A stretch of DNA of 64,000 nt from an uncultured Clavibacter sp. (GTDB taxonomy: Bacteria; Actinomycetota; Actinomycetes; Nanopelagicales; Nanopelagicaceae). This document shows positions 37,185 through 44,783 of the stretch, piece after piece. The notes beneath the pieces are model-generated. The model saw only the letters and a program-made list of their open reading frames with translations, had not been told where the DNA came from and searched no databases. The position numbers were made by a program, and so were the translations under genes. The number at the start of each line of letters is the position of its first letter. Position 1 is the first letter of the stretch. The stretch lies in contig CAZZIN010000003.1 in NCBI GenBank assembly GCA_964654425.1, positions 1,812 to 65,811 of the forward strand, read 5' to 3'.

Positions 37185-37912
37185 TGAAGCAGCACCACAC
37201 TCATACTTCTACGGGTGATGTGGGCAGATATGTATTGATGCCCGGAGACCCGGGTCGAGTACCGATTATTGCGGCACATCTAGACGAAGCCACGCATGTG
37301 GCCACGAACCGAGAATACGTGACCTACACAGGAACCCTTGAAGGAATTAAAGTCTCCGTAACTTCTACCGGGATTGGTTGTCCATCGAGTGCTATAGCAG
37401 TTGAAGAGTTATTTCGCTCCGGCGCCGACACTTTTATAAGAGTTGGGACTTCTGGGGGAATCCAACCTGGTACTAAATCAAATGAAATCGCTATTGCAAC
37501 CGGAGCAATCCGCCATGAAGGAACTTCGCTTCACTACATCCCAATCGAATTTCCCGCAGTCTGCGACTTTGAAGTAGTGAGAAGCATGAGAGCCGCCCTT
37601 GAAAAGTTGGGGCTACCTCATCGTGTCGGTATTTCACATTCAAAAGACTCCTTCTATGGCGAGGTGGAACCAGAACGCTCCGCAAACTCGGATGAGTTGA
37701 TTGAATATTGGCGGGCTTGGCGTGAGGGTGGCGCTATCTGTTCGGAGATGGAACTCTCTACCATTTGTATCGTCGCGCAGCTCTTAGGTGCAAGGGCTGG
37801 CGGAATCATGGCGATGCATGGTGAAGGGGAATTCGGACCACTGGATAATTTGATCAAAGCAGCTATCGAATCGGTTCGAGAATTAATAAAGATTGATAAA
37901 TCTAAGGAGTGA
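37184..37912 (+). CDS. uridine phosphorylase-like nucleoside phosphorylase (PNP/UDP-1 family), paralog A
   Basis: VLMPGDPGRV, SVTSTGIGCPSSAIAVEEL, FIRVGTSGG and EMELST motifs parallel E. coli Udp. Confidence 0.85.
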   Translation: MKQHHTHTSTGDVGRYVLMPGDPGRVPIIAAHLDEATHVATNREYVTYTGTLEGIKVSVTSTGIGCPSSAIAVEELFRSGADTFIRVGTSGGIQPGTKSNEIAIATGAIRHEGTSLHYIPIEFPAVCDFEVVRSMRAALEKLGLPHRVGISHSKDSFYGEVEPERSANSDELIEYWRAWREGGAICSEMELSTICIVAQLLGARAGGIMAMHGEGEFGPLDNLIKAAIESVRELIKIDKSKE

Positions 37913-38670
37913 TGATGGAGACAGACGGGAAGCAGTATCACATCCAACTTAAGCGCGGTGATGTCGGAAAATATGTCCTTCTGCCTGGAGACCCCGGTAG
38001 ATGCGAACCCATCTCTCGACTCTTTGATAATCCCAAACATATTGCTACCAATCGCGAATACGTCACTTATACCGGAACGCTTGATGGAGTACCGGTCTCG
38101 GTAACTTCAACTGGTATTGGTTGCCCGTCAGCTGCGATTGCATTAGAGGAATTAGTTCGTTGCGGAGCTGACACTTTTATAAGAGTTGGTACTTCTGGTC
38201 ATATCCAACGCGATATAAAGTCGGGCGAGTTGGCAATAATCACTGCCGCAATCCGTGATGAGGGAACTTCTCGCCAGTACATGCCCATTGAATTCCCTGC
38301 TATCGCAGATATCGATCTAGTGTTAGCGCTCCAGGCTTCTGCCAAGAAGACGGGCGCAACTTTCAGAACCGGTATCACCCAATCAAAAGATTCTTTCTAT
38401 GGTCAGCATGAACCTGAGCGGATGGGTGTTGCGAAAGATTTGCTGGAGAGATGGCGGGCTTGGGAATTGGGCGGCGCGCTCTGTTCTGAGATGGAGGCTG
38501 CTGCACTATTCGTGATTGCCTCAATGCTACGAGTACGTGCGGGTGGTGTGATGATGGTTCACGGCAAAGAGCCGATGCCACTACTTGATATCTTGCTGGA
38601 GACCGCTGTAGGTGGGCTGCGCGAGATTATTGCCGTAGACAAAGCAAAGGGGCGCCCAGTTACTTTGTAA
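37909..38670 (+). CDS. uridine phosphorylase-like nucleoside phosphorylase (PNP/UDP-1 family), paralog B
   Basis: Same motif set (VLLPGDPGRC, SVTSTGIGCPSAAIALEEL, FIRVGTSGH, EMEAAA). 4-bp overlap with paralog A. Confidence 0.85.
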   Translation: MMMETDGKQYHIQLKRGDVGKYVLLPGDPGRCEPISRLFDNPKHIATNREYVTYTGTLDGVPVSVTSTGIGCPSAAIALEELVRCGADTFIRVGTSGHIQRDIKSGELAIITAAIRDEGTSRQYMPIEFPAIADIDLVLALQASAKKTGATFRTGITQSKDSFYGQHEPERMGVAKDLLERWRAWELGGALCSEMEAAALFVIASMLRVRAGGVMMVHGKEPMPLLDILLETAVGGLREIIAVDKAKGRPVTL

Positions 38671-39601
38671 TCGAAGCCTTTTCGATCGCTTCCAGCATCA
38701 TGCTCCAGAAGCGCTCAAAATCTAACTCAAGAGCGACTTCACAATTCGCCTTCTCTCCAAGCCGATTATGAAGATCAACCACGGTTGCACCCCTTGTAAG
38801 TGAACCGGTGAGTTCTACCTGAACATTTACTTTCCTAGTCTTAACCACGCTGCGATCGATAAGTAGTGCGACCGCGACTGGATCATGAAGCGGTGGGTCG
38901 GGCATCTCAAATACTTCATCATAAGTTTTGGCAAAGAACTTCAATAATCCAATGATGGTCTTACTCACATCCGTACCCATACTCGCTAGCCGATTGAATA
39001 TCTCTTTAGTTACCAATGCTTGATGGGTAACATCCAAACCACACATTGTTAACGGTAAATCACTTCTAAGTACGACATCAGCCGCTTCTGGATCCATCCA
39101 GATATTGAATTCAGCATAAGGTGTTTTATTACCCCTGCCAGCGCTCCCACCCATGAAAACGATTTCATTTACTTTATTCTTAAGGTGCGGATACATCTTT
39201 AGGAAAAGCGCGACATTTGTTAGCGGGCCAGTCGCAACAATCGTAACTTTTTCCGAGGACTCCCTTAGCAGCTTTGCAATCAAGTCCACCGCGTGCAGCG
39301 GGGATAGTGCGATCTTTGGTTCTGGGAGTTCTGCGCCATCTAGAGCAGATTCGCCATGGATATCGGTCGCCTCATCTACTTCTCCCAAAATCGATTTCCC
39401 TGCACCTTCAGCAATCGGCAAATCAAGGTTTGCTAGTGTTGCAACTCTTCGGGCGTTTAGAGTTACTTTCCCTATTCCTCCATTACCTGAAACAGTGGTG
39501 ATTCCGAGTAGATGAAGTGCAGGATTATGCGCGGCAAGAATTATTGCAAGCGCATCATCATGTCCCGGATCGCAATCAAGAATTATTGGAGTTGGTGTCA
39601 T
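38660..39601 (-). CDS. nucleoside hydrolase (IUNH family), second copy
   Basis: IILDCDPGHDDALAI aspartate cluster, 313 aa. Confidence 0.9.
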   Translation of the reverse strand: MTPTPIILDCDPGHDDALAIILAAHNPALHLLGITTVSGNGGIGKVTLNARRVATLANLDLPIAEGAGKSILGEVDEATDIHGESALDGAELPEPKIALSPLHAVDLIAKLLRESSEKVTIVATGPLTNVALFLKMYPHLKNKVNEIVFMGGSAGRGNKTPYAEFNIWMDPEAADVVLRSDLPLTMCGLDVTHQALVTKEIFNRLASMGTDVSKTIIGLLKFFAKTYDEVFEMPDPPLHDPVAVALLIDRSVVKTRKVNVQVELTGSLTRGATVVDLHNRLGEKANCEVALELDFERFWSMMLEAIEKASITK

Positions 39602-39611
39602 AGCGTTAAGC

Positions 39612-40787
39612 CTAAGCCTTAACCATCACACGCTTATAGCCACGTAATGAGAATGCCGGGCGTCGTTCCGGCTCTTGGGCGAGGTCTAAATTGGGAAAAC
39701 GCTGGATGAGCAAGGGCAGTGAAATTGACATCTCTAGCCTTGCAAGTGGGGCTCCGACACAGAAGTGAATGCCAGCACCAAATCCGATATGCGGATTTGG
39801 TTGACGCGAAACATCGAATTCGTCCGCTTTTGCAAAAACAGTTTTGTCACGATTTGCCGAACCCAGCAAACTTACGATTTTCTGGCCTTGCTTGATACTT
39901 ATTCCTCCGATTTCGCATTCGGTTATTGCAGTTCGCTCAAAGTATTGCAGAGGCGAGTCGAAGCGAAGAAATTCTTCGACAGCGCTAGCAGAGAGAGTTA
40001 ATGGTTCACCAAATAATTTTGCTCGCTCCTCTTCGTTGCGAAGTAGCGCCACCATCCCATTTCCAAACCCATTGACGCTAGCCTCATGGCCAGCGTTTAA
40101 TAAGAGGATGCAAGTTGCAATCAACTCGTTTGTGGAGAGCTTTTCCCCTTCTTCATGCACTTGAGATAAGTCGGTAATCAAATCTTCTCTTGGCTCATTT
40201 TTCCGCTCTAACATCAGGGAGTGCACATAATCTGCAAATTCGGTCGCCGCTTTCTGGGCCGCCAGTTGATGCTCTCTAGGAGGATTTACTTCATACATCT
40301 TCACAATGGCTTGAGACCAAGGTCGAAGGAGATGCTCATCTTCTGGTGGAAATCCGAGTAAAAGCGCAATAACTTTTACTGGAAGTGGCTCGGCATAATC
40401 CGCAATCAAATCGAAATTGCCACCCTTTTTTGCAATCTCATCCAATAGTCCGGATGCAATCTCCTCTACTTTAGAGCGCATCCCCTCCATTCGACTTCGA
40501 TTGAATGCTTTGAGAACAAGACCTCGAAGTCGAGTGTGTTTCGGAGGTTCGCTATCTAGAATCGAATCTGAGTGAAGCCAATTAAAAACACCCCATTCTG
40601 ATTCAGGTTTCTTATCAATATAGATTCTCCCCAAATTCTTATTGCGCAGTACTTCATTTGCATCTCGATGTGTAGCCGCAAGATATACATTCAATTCAGG
40701 GTGCCAGACCGGTTTATCGAGTTTTCGTAACTCCTGAAGATGCGGATAGGGATTACTTATGACCTCAGAATCTCGAAAATCAATCAT
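39612..40787 (-). CDS. cytochrome P450
   Basis: Heme-ligand loop FGAGIHFCVGAPLAR, ExxR (EEFLR), I-helix LLLNAGHEASVNG, 391 aa. Confidence 0.9.
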   Translation of the reverse strand: MIDFRDSEVISNPYPHLQELRKLDKPVWHPELNVYLAATHRDANEVLRNKNLGRIYIDKKPESEWGVFNWLHSDSILDSEPPKHTRLRGLVLKAFNRSRMEGMRSKVEEIASGLLDEIAKKGGNFDLIADYAEPLPVKVIALLLGFPPEDEHLLRPWSQAIVKMYEVNPPREHQLAAQKAATEFADYVHSLMLERKNEPREDLITDLSQVHEEGEKLSTNELIATCILLLNAGHEASVNGFGNGMVALLRNEEERAKLFGEPLTLSASAVEEFLRFDSPLQYFERTAITECEIGGISIKQGQKIVSLLGSANRDKTVFAKADEFDVSRQPNPHIGFGAGIHFCVGAPLARLEMSISLPLLIQRFPNLDLAQEPERRPAFSLRGYKRVMVKA

Positions 40788-40818
40788 GGTTGCTCATCTT
40801 ATCCGGTAAGAAATTGGG

Positions 40819-41823
40819 TTAACCAAATGCGGCCGAAAGTGCCTTTGCATTCATCTCCTTGATGACATCTTCTCCCCATCCGTGTGCACCAGACATATGA
40901 AAATACTCCGCTGAAAGCGATGTCGAGCTCATTAATCGATTATCGGTATTGAGCGCAACATTAAAGCCAAGTCGATGCAAAAGTGATGCCGGATGCTCAT
41001 TGTAATTTTTAGCTAGACCAGTCTGTAAGTTGGAAGTTGGCGCCATCTCTATATGTACCTGCGAATCTCTTAGGAACTTTGCGCGATCTGAGAGAAAGAC
41101 TGACCCTTCTTTGATCACAATCTCGTCAATTAATCGATAGCCATGCCCTATTCGCTTTGCTTTGAACTCACTTATCGCTTCTTCTATGTATTCAAAAGGT
41201 CCGGCTTCACCTGCGTGGATAGTAAATGGGAAATCTGCATTGATTAAGAGTTTGAAAGCGGCACGATGATTTGCGGCCGGAAAACCCCGCTCTGGGCCAG
41301 CGATATCAAACCCTACGACACCCTTATCGCGATACTTGAGCGCTTCGGTCGCCACCTCCAAACTTCTATTTTCATGTCGCATTGCACAGAGAATTGCTCG
41401 AACTTCTATTTCGCCTCCGGATGAGCGGACACTCTGCATTCCCTCTTCATATCCAAGAAGAGTAGCTTCGATTACGCCCGAGATACTCAAACCGCCTCGA
41501 GTAAACAATTCGGGAGCCCCACGAACTTCTGCATATCTGATCCCGTCTTTTGCAAGATCTTCTACACATTCACGAGCAATCCGAATTATGTGATCCCGAG
41601 TTTGCATAGCAGCGATCGTGTAATCAAAGTTCTTAAGATACTTTTCTAGATTCCCCTCATTGCAGGCTTCAAAGATGCTTTCTTGAAGCTCTTCTGGTTC
41701 AAAGGAAGGTAACTCAATTCCAATTTCCTTCGCAATATCGATGAGAGTGTTGGTCCTTAAGCCACCATCTAAGTGATCGTGCAGAAGCGTTTTCGGTAAG
41801 GACCTGATTTGAGCAAGATCCAC
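40819..41823 (-). CDS. add: adenosine deaminase
   Basis: LPKTLLHDHLDGGLR, HAGE, and SLNTDN-like (ALNTDNRL) motifs. Confidence 0.9.
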   Translation of the reverse strand: MDLAQIRSLPKTLLHDHLDGGLRTNTLIDIAKEIGIELPSFEPEELQESIFEACNEGNLEKYLKNFDYTIAAMQTRDHIIRIARECVEDLAKDGIRYAEVRGAPELFTRGGLSISGVIEATLLGYEEGMQSVRSSGGEIEVRAILCAMRHENRSLEVATEALKYRDKGVVGFDIAGPERGFPAANHRAAFKLLINADFPFTIHAGEAGPFEYIEEAISEFKAKRIGHGYRLIDEIVIKEGSVFLSDRAKFLRDSQVHIEMAPTSNLQTGLAKNYNEHPASLLHRLGFNVALNTDNRLMSSTSLSAEYFHMSGAHGWGEDVIKEMNAKALSAAFG

Positions 41824-41836
41824 TTCGGTATAAGTT

Positions 41837-42223
41837 TTAGAGGTTCTCAGGTCCGAATGCCCAAGGCAAAAGCGACGAGAGTGGCGCAGGGCCTTCTGGG
41901 GTCATGAACTGGGTATCAGGTGTGCTGTGTTCCCAGAGAAGTTGGCGACAACGACCACACGGGGAAAGCGCATTTCCATTCGCATCCACACAGTAAATCG
42001 CTCTAATGATGGATCGACCACCAAGTACCAAGTTGGAAACTAGACCGCACTCTGCGCAGAGTCCGAGACCGTAACTCGCATTCTCGACATTACATCCAGT
42101 AACTATCCGACCATCATCGGTCTTGGCTGCTACTCCTACAGGGAATTTTGAGTATGGTGCATATGCCCGCTTCATAGCGCTAATTGCTTCTGTTCTAAGT
42201 TGATCCCAATCGATGTTTGCCAT
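41837..42223 (-). CDS. cdd: cytidine deaminase (homotetrameric type)
   Basis: CAECG and PCGRCRQ zinc motifs, 128 aa. Confidence 0.9.
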   Translation of the reverse strand: MANIDWDQLRTEAISAMKRAYAPYSKFPVGVAAKTDDGRIVTGCNVENASYGLGLCAECGLVSNLVLGGRSIIRAIYCVDANGNALSPCGRCRQLLWEHSTPDTQFMTPEGPAPLSSLLPWAFGPENL

Positions 42224-42295
42224 ACCCAGAGTCTATTGCGAATCTAAGAAAGTTCTATCTTTGGCAAAATCCTTAAAATACTTCAGAAATTAACT

Positions 42296-43306
42296 TTAGC
42301 GTCGGAATTGTTTGCCGGGAACTAAACCAAGCGCGTCATAAGCGTTCTTTAGAGTCTTAGCGGCTACTTCCCGTGCCTTCTCGCTTCCCTCTTCCAGGAT
42401 TGCAATTAGTCCAGCTTCATCTTTTAATAACTCCTCAGTGCGAGATTTCACCGGCGCGAAGAAGTTTGTCACAACCTCAGCAACAGCGCCTTTAAAATCA
42501 CCATAGCCTTTTCCGGCAAATTCATCTTCCAGGCTTGAAATGCTCTTGCCCGATAGGGCTGAATGGATAGTCAAAAGATTTGAAACGCCGGGCTTATTCT
42601 TCTCGTCAAACTTAATCTCTTTACCGGTATCAGTAACAGCGCTCTTAATCTTCTTGGCATTCACTTCTGTACTATCCAAAATGTCAATTACACCCGAGTT
42701 TGATGCAGCAGATTTGCTCATCTTCGCATTTGGGTCTTGCAGATCATTGATTTTGGCAGATGTTTTGATGATGTGTGCATCTGGGACGGTAAAGACTTGA
42801 CCATACTTTGAATTGAAACGTTGCGCTAAATCCCGAGTCAGCTCGATGTGCTGTCGTTGATCTTCACCAACCGGGACGCTATTGGCTTGATAAAGCAAGA
42901 TGTCTGCGGCCTGCAGCATCGGATAAGTAAAAAGTCCCACTACGGTTCTATCTGAGCCCGACTTTGCTGATTTATCTTTGAATTGCGTCATACGACTTGC
43001 TTCACCAAATCCAGTAATACATTCAAAGATCCAACCTAGTTGATTGTGTTCACTTAAGTGCGACTGAATGAAGAGGGTGCATTTCTTAGGATCCAGGCCA
43101 AGTGCGATTAGTTGAGCGGCGGCAGCAAGAGTCCTACGGCGAAGTGTGGCTGGATCGGTTTCTATAGTTAAAGCATGTAAATCGACAATGCAGTAGAAAG
43201 CATCATTTCCTTCTTGGAGTTCGACCCATTGCTTAACCGCGCCTAGATAGTTACCAAGATGTAGCGACTCCGCAGTGGGCTGAATTCCGGAGAGTATTCG
43301 TTTCAC
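42296..43306 (-). CDS. trpS: tryptophan--tRNA ligase
   Basis: [14 protein letters not shown] (HIGH) and KMSKS motifs, 336 aa. Confidence 0.95.
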   Translation of the reverse strand: MKRILSGIQPTAESLHLGNYLGAVKQWVELQEGNDAFYCIVDLHALTIETDPATLRRRTLAAAAQLIALGLDPKKCTLFIQSHLSEHNQLGWIFECITGFGEASRMTQFKDKSAKSGSDRTVVGLFTYPMLQAADILLYQANSVPVGEDQRQHIELTRDLAQRFNSKYGQVFTVPDAHIIKTSAKINDLQDPNAKMSKSAASNSGVIDILDSTEVNAKKIKSAVTDTGKEIKFDEKNKPGVSNLLTIHSALSGKSISSLEDEFAGKGYGDFKGAVAEVVTNFFAPVKSRTEELLKDEAGLIAILEEGSEKAREVAAKTLKNAYDALGLVPGKQFRR

Positions 43307-43328
43307 TTGGGCATTCTCTCAGTAAAGG

Positions 43329-44630
43329 TCAATTTGCGGTTCGAGTAAGCAATAGCGAGCCGACGCGTTTACCTTCCATAGTAAGGACCTTTATCTGTGC
43401 ACCAGATATATCCAGAACATCACTGACCTCCGGGATGCGGCCCAATTCATGCATAACAAAGCCGCTCAAAGTCTCGTATGGTCCTTCGGGGACTTCGACG
43501 CCAGTCTGTTCAGCTAAGTCATCAAGGGCGATCAAACCATCAATCTCAAAGACGCCAGTTCTATGGGTATTAGCGACTTCTTGAGAATGATCGTCATACT
43601 CATCGTGAATTTCACCGATTAGAGTCTCCACAAGATCTTCCATCGTCACTATTCCATCAGTTCCACCATATTCATCAAGAACGATTGCGATTTGCTGTCG
43701 CTTGGAACGCATCTCAGTCAGCGCCGGAAGAACGCCCTTGGTCCCAGGCAAGAAGATAATCGGACGCACTAGATCCATTACCGTTTTGCTGTTATCAGGG
43801 CGCTCTAATAAATCACGAGCATGGATAAAACCGATTACTTCATCGCTATTGCCACGAACTACTGGGTAGCGAGAATGTGCCTTCTCGATCGCAATTGCAG
43901 TTGCTTGATTCAAAGTCAAACCGGCATCCATGAAATCGACTTCGGTTCTTGGAACCATGACTTCATGTACTGAGCGCTCGCTAGCGTTAAAGACCTCTTC
44001 AACGATGTCACGCTCTTCTTCCGTAAGTGCCTTGTGGCCAGTAACGAGGTCAACCAACTCCTCCTCGCTTATCTCTTCCCGTGAAGCTTTAGGGTCTATA
44101 CCAAATGCGCGTAGGACGAGATCAGAGGAGTGCGCCAACAGCCAGATCAAGGGACGAAAGACAACGCTGACGATTGAAACTGGGGCGGCAACTGCAAGTG
44201 CGATCTTCTCAGTTTTATGGAGCGCGACTCGTTTAGGTACCAACTCCCCAAGCACCAAAGAGAAGTAGGCGATAACTATCGTTAAAAATATGAGCGATAC
44301 GACTCCAGCCAGGTTCTCACTAAGGCCCCAATCAATTAGGAGTGGGATCAAATAGTCGCCGAGCTGATCAGCGCCGAAGGCAGCCGATAGAAAACCGGAG
44401 AGCGTCACGCCGACCTGAACGGCGGCTAGGAAGTTCTTGGGATGACTTGCGAGGTAGGCGACTCGACGCCCACGACGGCCTTGTTCGCTCAAGACCTTTA
44501 GCTGGCCCTCCCGAAGGGAAATGAGCGCGATCTCCGCTGCTACGAAGATTGAGCCTAGGAGGATGAAAATCAGTACGACGAATAGGTCGCCGGCGAGGCC
44601 AGCAACCGAGAAGGCACCATCGGGGTCCAT
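43329..44630 (-). CDS. CNNM/CorC-type hemolysin family protein (DUF21 + CBS pair + CorC_HlyC)
   Basis: DUF21 TM region, CBS pair (VMVPRTEV...), and a C-terminal transporter-associated domain. I chose the start at MDPDG (44630). The upstream 31 codons of the track ORF are Arg/Gly-rich, non-protein-like sequence. Confidence 0.85.
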   Translation of the reverse strand: MDPDGAFSVAGLAGDLFVVLIFILLGSIFVAAEIALISLREGQLKVLSEQGRRGRRVAYLASHPKNFLAAVQVGVTLSGFLSAAFGADQLGDYLIPLLIDWGLSENLAGVVSLIFLTIVIAYFSLVLGELVPKRVALHKTEKIALAVAAPVSIVSVVFRPLIWLLAHSSDLVLRAFGIDPKASREEISEEELVDLVTGHKALTEEERDIVEEVFNASERSVHEVMVPRTEVDFMDAGLTLNQATAIAIEKAHSRYPVVRGNSDEVIGFIHARDLLERPDNSKTVMDLVRPIIFLPGTKGVLPALTEMRSKRQQIAIVLDEYGGTDGIVTMEDLVETLIGEIHDEYDDHSQEVANTHRTGVFEIDGLIALDDLAEQTGVEVPEGPYETLSGFVMHELGRIPEVSDVLDISGAQIKVLTMEGKRVGSLLLTRTAN

Positions 44631-44634
44631 AGGG

Positions 44635-44766
44635 CGGCTAAGGGTAGCCGAGCAGCAAGAAACCTGGCGAAGACCCCTTCCCTCACGCTCACCTCTCGCA
44701 TAATCTTCGCCCGTTCCCCGCAAAACCTTGCTTCATCCAACGGACCGTCGGGCACGTACCTGCCCG
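44635..44766. promoter_or_regulatory. GC-rich divergent intergenic region with three hairpins (possible structured leader or small RNA)
   Basis: The hairpins are CGGCTA-AGGG-TAGCCG (44635-44650), GGCGAAGA-30 nt pyrimidine-rich loop-TCTTCGCC (44666-44711) and CGGGCA-CGTACC-TGCCCG (44749-44766), all read directly. Confidence 0.3.
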
Positions 44767-44783
44767 GAGAAGGAAGAGAAAAA

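Noticed and set aside
44631-44723. A 31-codon N-terminal extension of the CNNM/CorC ORF (MRGTGEDYARGEREGRGLRQVSCCSATLSRP...).
   Set aside because: The composition is non-protein-like and overlaps the hairpin-rich spacer. The DUF21 membrane domain begins right after the internal Met at 44630.
44631-44783. An M-box (Mg2+) riboswitch upstream of the CorC/CNNM gene. The minus strand contains AGGUGAG, as in the M-box core.
   Set aside because: The spacer must also hold two promoters, which leaves too little room for the roughly 160-nt M-box as I recall its size. Apart from that heptamer I see none of the other conserved M-box segments. It is kept only as a generic structured-RNA candidate.
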